Shown piece by piece: positions 24,033-34,770 of a stretch of 64,000 nt of DNA; within the stretch, counting starts at the first letter, position 1, and the number at the start of each line of letters is the position of its first letter. Below the pieces are notes generated by a model. That model did not search any database, was not told the DNA's origin, and saw only the letters and a program-made list of their open reading frames with translations. A program made the translations under genes and the position numbers. Source of the DNA: an uncultured Chloroflexia bacterium (GTDB lineage: Bacteria > Chloroflexota > Anaerolineae > B4-G1 > SLSP01); NCBI GenBank assembly GCA_963751345.1, contig CAVVUS010000018.1, positions 256,001 through 320,000 of the forward strand, given 5' to 3'.

Positions 24033-26544
24033 ATGGAGAATCATAATCTCGGTCTCAATCCCGATCAGTTGTATCGGAAGACGAACCTTGCCGATATGAA
24101 TTTCGAGACGACGGACGATCTAGAGGAACTGAAGGACGTCATCGGTCAGCCTCGCGCGGTAGATGCTATCAGGTTTGGGGCGGGTATGCAGGATGGGGGC
24201 TTCAATATCTACGCCTTAGGGCCCACCGGATTGGACAAGCGGGGCCTTGTGCAGAGGTTCTTCGAGTCACATGCGAAGGATGCGCCGACGCCGTCTGATT
24301 GGTGCTATGTGCACAATATGGCGGAGGAGCACAGACCGCTCGCGATCGAGTTGCCTGCCGGAAAGGGCGCGCTGTTCCGCAAGGATATGGACGGCCTGGT
24401 CCAAGAGCTTCGCACTGCCCTGTCAGCCGCATTTGAGAGTGAGGAATACCAGTCGCGACGTCAGACGATTGTGGATCGACCTTCGGGAGCAGCAGTCCGA
24501 GGCTTTCGACGAACTGCAAGGCCGGGCTCGAGAAGAGGATATGGCCCTGATCCGTACGCCGGGTGGGATTGCCGTGGCCCCGGTTCGCGACGGGGAAGTG
24601 CTGTCTCAGGAGGAGATTCTGAAGCTCTCTCAAGACGCACAGGGGGCGCTGCAGAAGAAGGTGGAGGAGCTGCAGGAGGAGCTTCAGCGTATCCTGCGTC
24701 AGGTGCCAACCTGGCAACGGTCGATGCGGGAGGAGCTCAATGATCTCAATCGGGAGATGGCGAGTCTCGCCGTAGGGGCACGGATTGATGAGCTGCGAGA
24801 GAGTTACGCCGATTACCCCAAGGTCGTTGCTCACCTGAATGCCGTCCAAGAAGACGTCGTCGAGAATGCGGAGCAGTTCCTGCCCCAATCAGATGACGGC
24901 GGTCCGCAGTTTATGCAGGCAATGCGGCGCCAAACCGAGGCGCAGTCCCTCCGGCGCTACAGTGTCAATGTGTTGGTTGATCATACAGATAGTAAAGGCG
25001 CGCCTGTCATCTATGAGGACAACCCGACGTACCAGAATCTCATTGGCCGCATCGAGCATCAAGCGCAGTTGGGCGCCCTTCTGACCGATTTCACCCTCAT
25101 CAAGGCCGGAGCGCTCCACAGGGCGAACGGCGGGTACCTGATCCTCGACGCCAACAAGTTGCTCCAGCAGCCGATGGCGTGGGAAGGCCTTAAGCGGGCC
25201 CTGAAGAGCGAGCGTCTGACGATTGAGCCACTTGGCCAGCAGTATGGTCTGATCAGCACGGTGTCGCTGGACCCCGAACCAATACCTCTGAGCGTCAGGA
25301 TTGCCCTGATTGGCGATGCAAGGCTCTACTATTTGCTCTACCAACTCGACCCGGAGTTCGCCGAGCTCTTCAAGGTTGCCGCCGACTTTGACGAGCAAAT
25401 GTCGCGAGACGAAGGGAATCAACCGCTTTATGCACGCCTGATTGCGACGCTTGCTCGACGTGGAAACCTGCGGCCCTTCGACCGAAGCGCCGTGGAACGG
25501 ATCATAGAACGCAGCGCGCGCATCGTCGGGGATTCCGAGCGGCTCTCCGCCCGGATGCGGGAAATCGGGGATCTGATGAGAGAGGCCAGTTACTGGGCCG
25601 GGAAGTCCGACGGCGATATCGTCACCGCTGCAGATGTGCAGCGCGCGATTGATGCTCAGATCTACAGAGCGGATCGTATTCGCCAACGCGTGCATGAAGC
25701 CATCTTGCGGAATATCATTCTGATTGACACCGAGGGGGCAGTCGTTGGACAGACGAACGGGCTTTCGGTGCTGATGATGGGAAACTTCGCCTTCGGCCAG
25801 CCCTCACGGATCACGGCGCGCGTCACCTTGGGTAGGGGGCAAGTCGTGGACATCGAGCGAGAGGCCGAACTGGGTGGGCCGATTCACTCCAAGGGCGTCA
25901 TGATCCTGACTGGGTTCCTCCGTGGCCGCTACGCACAGGAACGTCCGCTATCTCTCTCGGCCAGTCTCGTCTTTGAACAATCCTACGGCGGCGTCGAAGG
26001 AGATAGTGCTTCGTCTGCGGAGCTCTATACACTCCTCTCGGCTATCGCTGAGGTGCCGATCAAGCAGTCGCTCGCGGTCACCGGATCCGTCAATCAGAGA
26101 GGCGAGATCCAGGCTATCGGCGGTGTAAACGAGAAAATCGAGGGTTTCTACGATATCTGCAAGGCGCGCGGGCTGACCGGTGATCAAGGCGTCCTCATTC
26201 CTGCGTCGAATGTCAAGCACTTGATGCTGCGGCACGATGTCGTCGAGGCGGTCGCTGCAGGAGTTTTCCACGTCTACGCAATCGAGACCGTCGACCAGGG
26301 AATCGAGATGCTGACCGGAATGCCGGCGGGCGAGCTTGATGAAGAGGGCAACTATCCCGAAGGTACGATCAACCACCTCGTCGATGCGCGGTTTGAAGCG
26401 ATGGCTGAGAAAGCACAGACGTTGGGTCAACAAGCCCTGAGTGCCTTGACCCCGGTAGGGGTAAGCGCCTCGGACGGCGGAAGCGCCTCGGACGGCGGAA
26501 GCGCCTCAGTGAAGGGAAACGCCCCGGAGGGGTCACGTGAATGA
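24033..26544 (+). CDS. Lon-like S16 protease of LonC type; indel near 24480
   Basis: IGQPRA, DWCYVHN, coiled coil, NPTYQNLIGRIE and GALHRANGGYL; Ser-Lys dyad in GDSAS and GGVNEKIEGF. Confidence 0.9.
26463..26509 (+). repeat. 18-bp tandem repeat x2.6 encoding SASDGG units in the Lon-like C-terminal tail
   Basis: aagcgcctcggacggcgg twice, then aagcgcctcag. Confidence 0.9.
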
Positions 26545-27443
26545 GTCCAGCCAGCCTTCGATGTCCCTCAGTCGAATCCTTGTCGCCGTAGACGCATCCC
26601 CACACAGCCAAGCCGCCCTGGAGGCAGCCGTCGACATGGCATCTCGTTTCCATGCCGAGTTGGTGGTCCTCTTCGTGGAGGACATCAATGTCTTCCGGAT
26701 AGCCGAATTGCCCTTCGCGCACGAGGTCGGACAATACTCCGCCCGTCGACGTGTGCTGGAAATCGAGCGCATCGAGCGACGGCTCCGCTCCCGCTCCCGG
26801 GCGATCAAAGAGCAGTTCCAGGCGCTGATTCTGCGGGAGTCCGTGCAGGGCACGTTCCGCGTCGCTCGCGGTGTCATCAGGACAGAGATCCAGACCGCTG
26901 CTCAGGAAGCCGATGTGCTTATCGTCGGGCGAGCCGGGTGGTCCGAGATACGCCAGTTGCGTCTTGGGTCGACGGCACGTGCCGCCTGCTGTGACGAGAT
27001 ACCGAGCGTCACTGCAGTCCTGCACGAGGGTAGGCCGATCGTGTCGCCTATCCTGGTTGTCTATGATGGCTCATCGATTGGGGACCATGCCCTGATGCTG
27101 GGAGCAGATCTGGCCGACCGTCTCACGGGCCCGCTCCATGTTTTGCTGGTCGCCGCCAGTGCCGATCAGATGCCTCTCTTAAGGGCTCAAGCCGACGAAC
27201 ACCTGCGGACCTACAATATCATGCGCCAGTATCAGGGATTGGTGGCATCATCCGTCGCCAGGTTGGCCGCGGCCATTCGCGACAACCTAAGCGATGGTCG
27301 AGCCTTCGCGGAGCGCGAAGATCATGCGTCGCGCTGCGGAACACGGCACCCTGGTCCTGCCGGCAGCTTCCGCGCTCTTTGAGAATGACGCTCTGTTGGA
27401 CCTCATCGAGGAAGTCGACATCCCTGTCTTGCTGGTACGCTAG
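26537..27443 (+). CDS. Tandem-domain universal stress protein; indel(s) near 3' end
   Basis: RILVAVDAS, ADVLIVG, LGSTA and ILVVYDGS; natural tail ...LIEEVDIPVLLVR* ends at 27443 in a shifted frame. Confidence 0.85.
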
Positions 27444-27787
27444 GCGTGGAGGTATGTGCCACAACTGCGACAGAAGCGGTCGCTCTCGCCTATGGCCTTT
27501 CCACAGTTCGGGCAGACGTGGCCGGTTTGGCTGCCGATGCTGTAGGTGTCGTTGTCGACTGCACGCGGCATCGCATTCTTGTGCCTGAAGGCGTTGTAGA
27601 AGGCCAATCCTGCCCCAATCAGGCCGAGGGCAATCAATGCGGTCCGGACGACGTTCATCGTCGTCCCGCTGCCTGGCATACTGTCCGCAAAGCTCGGGCC
27701 CCGTATCGAGAATATGCCCACGATCGCGACAATCAGGATCGCGATCCCTGCGATCAGGGAGCGGATCTTGCCCGCTTGCCCCCTCAT
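27440..27787 (-). CDS. Small membrane protein with C-terminal zinc ribbon
   Basis: Two hydrophobic segments, then CPNCG...FCRSCG. Confidence 0.75.
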   Translation of the reverse strand: MRGQAGKIRSLIAGIAILIVAIVGIFSIRGPSFADSMPGSGTTMNVVRTALIALGLIGAGLAFYNAFRHKNAMPRAVDNDTYSIGSQTGHVCPNCGKAIGESDRFCRSCGTYLHA

Positions 27788-28752
27788 CGTCTGCTCGTTT
27801 CAAGGTCCGACAGAGCCTCTTTGAGGATACCGGCAGATCGCTGGAGCGCCTGCTGTTCGTCCGGCTCCAGTGCGCTCTCCATTATGCGGTCGATGCCGTT
27901 CTGGTAGACGATACAGGGCACGCTCAGGCTCACGTCAGTGAGTCCATACTCTCCTTCCAGGGGCGTTGAGACCGTCAAGACACTGTGCTCGTTTCGGAGG
28001 ATGGCGCTGACGATTCGCGTGAGCGCAAGCCCAACGGCATAGTAGGTCGATCCCTTATAGTCGATGATGTGATAAGCCGAGTCGCGCACGGCCTTCTCGA
28101 TGCTCTCACGCTCCGCCTGCCAGTCCGAGCACCGATTGCAGATAGTGCAGAACCCATCGATGCTCAGGCCGGCCAGGTGTGTCATCGACCAAGCTGCGAA
28201 CTCACTATCCCCGTGCTCGCCCAGGATATAGGCGTGAACGTTGTGGATATCGACGTTGCAGTGCTGGCTAAGGAGATAGCGAAATCTGGCGCTGTCGAGA
28301 ACGGTGCCCGACCCAATGACGCGACCCCGAGGCCATCCGGACCGCTGGTGGGCCACGTGGGTCAAGATGTCCACCGGATTGGTGACGATGACGATGACGG
28401 CCTTCGATTGCTGGGCAACGATGTCATCCACGATCCTCTCGATGATTCCTGCATTACGCTGCAGGAGATCGAGCCGGGATTCCCCCGGCTTCTGGCCGGT
28501 ACCGGCCGTGACGATAATCACGTGAGAGTCGGCATAGTCTTCCGTCCGCCCGACGTGTATGGAGACCGAGGGGAAGAAGAACCGGCCATGGCTAAGGTCG
28601 AGTACTTGTCCGGAGGCCAGCTCTTCGTTGAGATCGACCAAGGCGATGTCGTCGGCAACGCCACTCTGTGCGAGGGCATAAGCGAAGGTTGCCCCAACGT
28701 GGCCTGCGCCGACAATCGACACCTTTCGCGCCATCCAATTCCTACCGTTCAA
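27784..28752 (-). CDS. ldh: L-lactate dehydrogenase
   Basis: GAGHVG, GQKPGESRLDL (Gln specificity residue, LDH rather than MDH), NPVD, LDSARF and GEHGDS. Confidence 0.92.
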   Translation of the reverse strand: MNGRNWMARKVSIVGAGHVGATFAYALAQSGVADDIALVDLNEELASGQVLDLSHGRFFFPSVSIHVGRTEDYADSHVIIVTAGTGQKPGESRLDLLQRNAGIIERIVDDIVAQQSKAVIVIVTNPVDILTHVAHQRSGWPRGRVIGSGTVLDSARFRYLLSQHCNVDIHNVHAYILGEHGDSEFAAWSMTHLAGLSIDGFCTICNRCSDWQAERESIEKAVRDSAYHIIDYKGSTYYAVGLALTRIVSAILRNEHSVLTVSTPLEGEYGLTDVSLSVPCIVYQNGIDRIMESALEPDEQQALQRSAGILKEALSDLETSRR

Positions 28753-28791
28753 CAGCCAATCTCCTTTTCACGGGCGCAATTGGCCCGGGAC

Positions 28792-29751
28792 CTATCCCAG
28801 ATATCCGCGTAGCTTTCTGCCGTTGTAAGGGTGACGTAGCTTGCGCAGCGCCGTACGCTCGACCTGCCGCGCACGCTCCCGGCTAACGTGGAGTTCTTCC
28901 GCCACTTCGCTGAGTGTATGGCTGCGACGACCCTCCAGCCCGAACCGTTCGCGAAGGACCTCGAGCTCGCGTGGTGTCAAGACATCGCGCATGACCTCCT
29001 CCAGATCCTCGTGCATCAGGTGAGACTGAGCAGACTCCGCCGGCGTGGGGGCGTCGTCATCGGCGATGAGATTCAGCAGTTCGCTGTCACCATCGTCACC
29101 CACCGAGACGTTGAGCGATGTCGTGGTCCTCGAGATCTCCATCAGCCAACTTAGCCCGGCGACATCATCCATGCCGAGGACATCGGCGATCTCTTCGACG
29201 GTTGGTGTACGGTCCGACTCACTCTCAAGACGGTCGGAGACCTCGCGAATCTCTCGGAGGCGCTTGCGAAGATAGGCTGGTAGGCGGATGGTGTGACCTT
29301 GTTGCGTCAGCGATCGCATGATCGACTGTCGGATCCACCAGGTCGCATAGGTGCTGAAGCGATTGCCCTTTAGGCCGTCGAACTTGTCGACCGCGCGAAT
29401 CAGGCCGATATTGCCCGCCTGGATCAGATCCTGGAACGGTAGGCCATAGTTGCGATAGTGTTTGGCTATGCTGACCACGAGTCGCGTGTTAGCCTCGATG
29501 AAGTGCGCGCGGGCCATCTCACCGTCGAGCACGAGTTGCTCCAGGTGCTGGATCTCATCGGGCGATGGCTCTTCGGCGACGTGAATCAGGTTTTCTTTGG
29601 CAGTTCTTCCCGCCTCAATGCGGCTGGCGAGATTCCTTTCCTCCTCTGCTGTCAGTAGCGAAACTTCACCAATGCTTTGGAGGTAGAGTGCCAGATGATC
29701 GAATTCGAATCCGCCAGCATCGATATTATCGACTGTCATCGTGGTCCTCAC
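28792..29751 (-). CDS. RpoD-like sigma-70 factor lacking region 1.1 (group 2/alternative)
   Basis: LYLQSIG, ANTRLVVSIAK, DLIQAGNIGL, RFSTYATWWIRQ and SRERARQVE. Confidence 0.92.
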   Translation of the reverse strand: MRTTMTVDNIDAGGFEFDHLALYLQSIGEVSLLTAEEERNLASRIEAGRTAKENLIHVAEEPSPDEIQHLEQLVLDGEMARAHFIEANTRLVVSIAKHYRNYGLPFQDLIQAGNIGLIRAVDKFDGLKGNRFSTYATWWIRQSIMRSLTQQGHTIRLPAYLRKRLREIREVSDRLESESDRTPTVEEIADVLGMDDVAGLSWLMEISRTTTSLNVSVGDDGDSELLNLIADDDAPTPAESAQSHLMHEDLEEVMRDVLTPRELEVLRERFGLEGRRSHTLSEVAEELHVSRERARQVERTALRKLRHPYNGRKLRGYLG

Positions 29752-29822
29752 TTATCTAAGCATTCCCGGCAAGGCTATATGGCCGACCAGACCTTTGGAC
29801 TGTCTGTCGTGGTTGTGTCCGG

Positions 29823-30104
29823 TCAGTCTGTGATCATTTCCAGGTGGGCCACTTCCGGTGTGCCTTCCGGATATGTCTCCAGCTCGCCCCTGTCGATGCG
29901 CAAATGAACGCCGCGGTCGTCTACATAATCCGTTAAGGCGACAGGTATCATTCGGCTTGTCTTCCGCGCCTGAGCCGATGCCGGCTCAATAATCAGATCC
30001 GTGATGCGACCCCTTGCGCGATTCATCACCACCGAGTACAGATCCCCGCAGTATTCGTCATGGCAGTATACCTTTGCTCCCACGTGAAGACTCATTGTAA
30101 TCAT
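29823..30104 (-). CDS. PRC-barrel domain protein
   Basis: GAKVYCHD...G.L..VV.N...RITDLII...IPV...D...VHL pattern. Confidence 0.7.
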   Translation of the reverse strand: MITMSLHVGAKVYCHDEYCGDLYSVVMNRARGRITDLIIEPASAQARKTSRMIPVALTDYVDDRGVHLRIDRGELETYPEGTPEVAHLEMITD

Positions 30105-30168
30105 CTGTCATCTCTCAATCGACTCGTTCTCGACCTGCAAGGATCTTATATGCGAGTGTCGCTGCGAT

Positions 30169-31190
30169 CTAGGTCCCCTGCATACCGATTCCTGCAACCG
30201 GCGTTTGACATGTTGGGCACTTGCCCTCCACGGTCACGCGGTTCTTTACGATGGTATACCCTGAGCGATGGATCAGGGTCTCGCCACAAGCTGTGACAGT
30301 TCGTGTCGGCAGATTGCCGCGAGTTCCCCGCATAGACGTATCGCACGCCTGCGGCTTTGGCGATCTCACTGGCCCGTGTTACCGTGGCCTCCGGTGTAGG
30401 CGGAACGTCTTGCATCTTGTAGGTGGGGAAGAACCGGCTCAGGTGCCACGGCGTTTCCGGCCCGAGCTCCTCGACAATGAACTGGGCCGCCTCTTTGAGT
30501 TCCGCTGGATCGTCATTCAGGCCGGGAATCAGCAGCGTTGTGACCTCCACCCAGATCCCCAGTTGCTTCATCAGGCGCAGGCTGTCCAGGACGGGCTGGA
30601 GTCTCGCGCCAATGTGGTGCCGGTAGGTCTCGTCGCGAAACGCCTTCAGGTCCACGTTGGCCGCATCCAGGAATTCGTGAATGGTCTCCGCTGCAACATC
30701 ACTCATATAGCCATTGGTCACATAGACATTCCCAATTCCGGCGTCCTGTGCGAGACGGGCGATATCGTACGTGTATTCGAAGAAGATCGTAGGTTCGGTG
30801 TACGTGTAAGCGATGCTGCGACAGCGGCTGGCTTGCGCCAGTGCAACGACCTGTTCCGGCGTGACCTCGTCCCCAAGGATCATCCGCTGATCGCGGGGCA
30901 TCTGCGAGATGTCGAAGTTCTGGCACCAGTCACAGCGGAAGTTGCACCCCGCAGTGGCGACGGAGTAAGCATCCGATCCCGGATAGTAGTGGAAGAGCGG
31001 CTTCTTCTCGACGGGATCGACGTGATGGGCGATGAGCTTGCCATATACGAGCGTATAGAGCTTCCCGTCGCGATTCTCGCGAACCTGGCAGATCCCCCGA
31101 CCGTCGGGCGCAACGATGCAATGGTGGGCGCATAGATGACAGCGCACCCGATCCTCGGACCATCGATTCGTAGAACATCGCTTCCTTCAT
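30169..31190 (-). CDS. amrS: AmmeMemoRadiSam system radical SAM enzyme; indels near both ends
   Basis: MKEAMFYE, CHLCAHHC, DPVEKKPLFH, CNFRCDWCQN, AYTYTEP, YVYAGN and a C-terminal CPTC. Confidence 0.9.
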
Positions 31191-31256
31191 ACGCCATGCT
31201 CTCCTGCGCTGGGGCATAGGGAACCAGAAAGCTCGTGGTGTAGGCTCGATCTATGA

Positions 31257-32456
31257 CTAGGCGGACATCTCACCGCGGGTGCTACGCTTGTTTGTCTGAA
31301 GCTGCATCCACTTCACGATATCAGTTCTCCGCATGAGACCCTCAAGACGCCCATCTTTGACGACGGGGATCTGACGAATATCCCGACTTGCCAGAATATC
31401 GAGAGCCTTGCCGGCCTTATCCTCGGGCGCGAGCGTGACCAACTCAGCCGCCGGCGTCATAATCTCGCGCACGTACGTGTTCTCCCATTCCTCTCGGGGG
31501 ACCTTGCGCACGTCCTCCAGTGTCGCGATGCCGATAAGCTCTCCCTGATCCACCACCGGGAATCCGTGGTCATCTGACTGCATGATGAAACCGTGGACGA
31601 ACTCCGCCACGGTTCTGTTAGATGAGACGGTCGGGGGATCACGCCGCATCACGGAGGAGACAGGGACATCGTCCAGGGCCTGATGAACCACCATCTGCTG
31701 ATAACTCTGGACTGCCGAAGAGTGCAAGAACCATCCGATGAAGGCGAGCCAGAGACCGTTGATCAACCCCGCCCCAACGAGCGGCACCGGCACTCCGAAG
31801 GCTGCGGCAACCCCCCCGATGATCATCAACCAGGAAACGCCTTGCCCCACGGCAGATGCCCACTGTGTGGCCAACTTGAGGTTGTCCGTGATGGCCCACA
31901 GGATGGACCGCAGCACGCGTCCGCCGTCAAGGGGAAAACCCGGGATGAGATTGAAGATACCGAGGAGGATGTTGACCGATCCTAACCATGCTATCACCGT
32001 CAGGGCCGGGCTCATGGTCGACAAGGTCTGCTGGATTGAGATCGACGCGAGCCCCATAGTACCCGTTGCGAGCCCTGTCACCAACAGCAAGACAACGCCG
32101 ATGACAAGGCTGGTCAACGGCCCTACAATGGCCATCACAAACTCAGTGCCTGCTGACTTCGGCTCCTCTTGGATGTTGGAGACCCCACCAAAGAGGAGTA
32201 GGCGGATGCTGGTAACTGGAAGTCCTCGGGACGTAGCTACCAATGAGTGAGCCAGCTCGTGTGCAAGCACCGCGAGAAAGAAGAGCAGTGATGCCGCCAC
32301 TGCGACGGTCCAGCGCAATGGCATGCTCCACTGACTGTGCAGGCTCCCCAGTGCCGTCGCCCAGTTCCAGCTGATCAGAAGGAATATGAAGAACCAACTC
32401 CAGTCGATCTCGATCTCAATGCCAAACACCTTACCGATCCTGATACCGCTTCGCAT
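31257..32456 (-). CDS. Site-2 protease (M50) with two CBS domains
   Basis: HELAH and FNLIPGFPLDGG, then a CBS pair. Confidence 0.93.
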   Translation of the reverse strand: MRSGIRIGKVFGIEIEIDWSWFFIFLLISWNWATALGSLHSQWSMPLRWTVAVAASLLFFLAVLAHELAHSLVATSRGLPVTSIRLLLFGGVSNIQEEPKSAGTEFVMAIVGPLTSLVIGVVLLLVTGLATGTMGLASISIQQTLSTMSPALTVIAWLGSVNILLGIFNLIPGFPLDGGRVLRSILWAITDNLKLATQWASAVGQGVSWLMIIGGVAAAFGVPVPLVGAGLINGLWLAFIGWFLHSSAVQSYQQMVVHQALDDVPVSSVMRRDPPTVSSNRTVAEFVHGFIMQSDDHGFPVVDQGELIGIATLEDVRKVPREEWENTYVREIMTPAAELVTLAPEDKAGKALDILASRDIRQIPVVKDGRLEGLMRRTDIVKWMQLQTNKRSTRGEMSA

Positions 32457-32495
32457 CGGTTACGCCCTCCTTCACATCACGAACGAACCTTAGTT

Positions 32496-33626
32496 CTAAG
32501 CGTTCTCGGCGCTGGTTTCCTCAAGCCTCAGCGAGATCCGCTGCTGCAGCGGATCCACATACAGCACTTGCACCTTGACGTCGGCACTTGGTGTCAAGTC
32601 TGTCAGTGTCTGTTCGCCTCCCGGCATTTCTGACACGTGGACAAGCCCTTCCACCCCTTGCCCAACATTCACGAATGCGCCGAAGTCCGTCACATGGGTG
32701 ACGGTGCCATCGATGACATCTCCTCGATGCATCTCCTCTGTGACTTGTGCCCACGGATCGGGCAGCAGACGCTTTCGACTAAGCGCGATGCGTTCCCTCT
32801 CCCGATCCACGTCGAGGACATAGACCTCAATGGTATCGCCAACGTTGAGGACGTCGCGCGGATGGTCCACGTGGTCCCAGGATATCTCGGAGATATGGAG
32901 CAGTCCGTCGATTCCCCCCAGGTCAATGAAGGCGCCAAAATCGACGAGGTTGCTGACGACACCTGTGCGAATGGCTCCCTCGTGGAGTTCCTGGAGCAGT
33001 TCTTGGCGCCGCTGCTGGGCTGCCGCTCTCTCGGACAGGATGAGGCGCCGGCGTCTCGGTTCGACCTCAATGACTGTGACGGTGACGACTTTTCCGATGA
33101 GATCCTTCTTGAGATCTGCCCGCTGTTCGTGCCGTGTGCCGCGGGGAATCGAGGTCAGGTGGGAGTTGGGTATGAAGCCCTGCAATCGACCGAAGGATGC
33201 TAGAACACCACCGCGATTGGTGTCGATGACTTCGACATTGATCGTCTCCTGGCTCTCCATCAGCTCCTCGGCATCGATCCACTGCTGATGCTCCAGACCT
33301 TGTTTGAGCGAGACAAGAATGGCACTGCGGTTGAATGGGATACTGACCACTCTGACCGGGATCTTTTCGCCTACCCGTAGGTTCTGTACGTAGCTTTCGT
33401 CGACTTCTGCGAGATCCTGTTCTTGGACGAGGCCATCTCGTTTGCCAGCCACGGTTACCAGGATGTCGTGCTCTCCCATCGAGAGAATCGTGGCTTCATA
33501 GACATCGCCCCTCCGGGCACGCTTGGCCCCATATCCGCCTTCGACGAGAAGCTGCCACCACCGCGGGCTCTTCTGTTCTGTCTCTTGCTCAACACCTTGC
33601 TCCGCTACCTTCTGTTCAACCGACAT
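32496..33626 (-). CDS. rpsA: 30S ribosomal protein bS1-like protein (four S1 domains), possibly a paralogue
   Basis: GFIPNSHL, FGAFIDLGGIDGLLHISEISW, ERIALSRK and FGAFVNVGQGVEGLVHVSE; AGGAGG RBS. Confidence 0.85.
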   Translation of the reverse strand: MSVEQKVAEQGVEQETEQKSPRWWQLLVEGGYGAKRARRGDVYEATILSMGEHDILVTVAGKRDGLVQEQDLAEVDESYVQNLRVGEKIPVRVVSIPFNRSAILVSLKQGLEHQQWIDAEELMESQETINVEVIDTNRGGVLASFGRLQGFIPNSHLTSIPRGTRHEQRADLKKDLIGKVVTVTVIEVEPRRRRLILSERAAAQQRRQELLQELHEGAIRTGVVSNLVDFGAFIDLGGIDGLLHISEISWDHVDHPRDVLNVGDTIEVYVLDVDRERERIALSRKRLLPDPWAQVTEEMHRGDVIDGTVTHVTDFGAFVNVGQGVEGLVHVSEMPGGEQTLTDLTPSADVKVQVLYVDPLQQRISLRLEETSAENA

Positions 33627-33708
33627 CTACTGCAATTGCCTCCTAGTTATGATTTTAGGGATCCATGCGGGTCCCAGGGGATCTATAGAATCCCTTTTAC
33701 ATGTTACC

Positions 33709-33784
33709 ATATTAGACCCGGGGGAGGGGACGACCTCCGTTGGCAGACGTCCGGGCGACGTTAGGTGAGTTGGATTTCCGTTGG
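33709..33784 (-). promoter_or_regulatory. Putative activator-dependent promoter of the S1 gene: TAATAT -10 plus five phased CCAAC-like repeats
   Basis: -10 at 33714-33709; plus-strand GTTGG 33739, GTCCG 33749, GTTAG 33760, GTTGG 33769 and GTTGG 33780. Confidence 0.55.
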
Positions 33785-33879
33785 TAGCGAGATCCCCCTC
33801 GCCTGCATCAACAGAACAACAGCCCCGATCGGCGCACGATCGGGGCTGTTGGCCAGAGGTGTGCTGCACCTCTACCTGA

Positions 33880-34602
33880 CTACTCCCCAAATCGATAGCC
33901 CACGCCCCGAACGTTGATAATGTACCTGGGGTGTGACGGATCGGGCTCGATACTCTGCCTGAGCCGGTGTACATACCATTTGATGATATTCCGCGCCTCG
34001 TAGAGGTCTTCTGGTCGATAGTCGCGGACTACCTCCACGAGTTCTTGGGGCGGGACGACGCGATGGGCATTCTGCATAAGGTGCACCAACAGATCGAACT
34101 CGCTCGGCGTGAGTTCGAGAGGGGTCTCGCCGAGCGCCACCTGGTGCTTCTGAAGTTCGACCTGGAAGGGGCCTCGCTGGAGGCTCGTCTGTTCATCCGC
34201 CTGTTCGCGCACGCGCAACAGCCGTTCGTGCTGTTCTTCGAGGGCTTCATTCACCGCATCGCGGAGCTCGCCCGGCGTGAGCGGCTTGAGCAGATAGCGA
34301 TCAACGCCTTCCCTAATAGCCGACATCGCCGATTCGAGCGAGCCATGGGCGGTCAGAATGATCACGATGGCATCAGGCCAACGCCATCGCACGGCCTCCA
34401 GCACCTTGAGCCCGTCGATACGTCCGCCGAGTTTGAGGTCGAGCATCACGAGATCGAAGTGTTGGTCTCGCAGAACTGCCAGGGCTTCCTCGCCGTCGCT
34501 GGCAGTACTCACCGTGTGGCCGGCTCGCTGGAGGGTCTCCTTGATGAAGAACCGTATGCCGGCTTCGTCATCTACGACCAGTGCATTTACCTGTTCCGCC
34601 AT
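33880..34602 (-). CDS. OmpR/PhoB-family response regulator
   Basis: LVVDDE, LVMLDLKL, LTAHG and YLLKP; winged helix LTPSEFDLL...HRLRQSIE...NVRGVGYRF; start ATG 34602. Confidence 0.93.
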   Translation of the reverse strand: MAEQVNALVVDDEAGIRFFIKETLQRAGHTVSTASDGEEALAVLRDQHFDLVMLDLKLGGRIDGLKVLEAVRWRWPDAIVIILTAHGSLESAMSAIREGVDRYLLKPLTPGELRDAVNEALEEQHERLLRVREQADEQTSLQRGPFQVELQKHQVALGETPLELTPSEFDLLVHLMQNAHRVVPPQELVEVVRDYRPEDLYEARNIIKWYVHRLRQSIEPDPSHPRYIINVRGVGYRFGE

Positions 34603-34631
34603 CTGGATCTCCCTTTGGGTACCATCACCTA

Positions 34632-34660
34632 AGTATAGATCGAATGCAAGCTGAGCGCAA
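34632..34660 (-). promoter_or_regulatory. Sigma70-type promoter for the response regulator
   Basis: TTGCGC-17 nt-TATACT on the minus strand. Confidence 0.5.
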
Positions 34661-34689
34661 AAGCAAGAAATCACATGGCTTGGCCCCAA

Positions 34690-34718
34690 TTGTCCTGTGC
34701 ATCGAAACTGACTATAGT
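34690..34718 (+). promoter_or_regulatory. Sigma70-type promoter for the AOR gene
   Basis: TTGTCC-17 nt-TATAGT. Confidence 0.5.
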
Positions 34719-34770
34719 ATAGTACAATTGTTGAAATACGTGGGTCACTAGACTCACCGGGGGGTTGAAC

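Noticed and set aside
26463-26509. Possible mini CRISPR array
   Set aside because: Head-to-tail 18-bp units without spacers, in frame within a CDS, and no cas genes.
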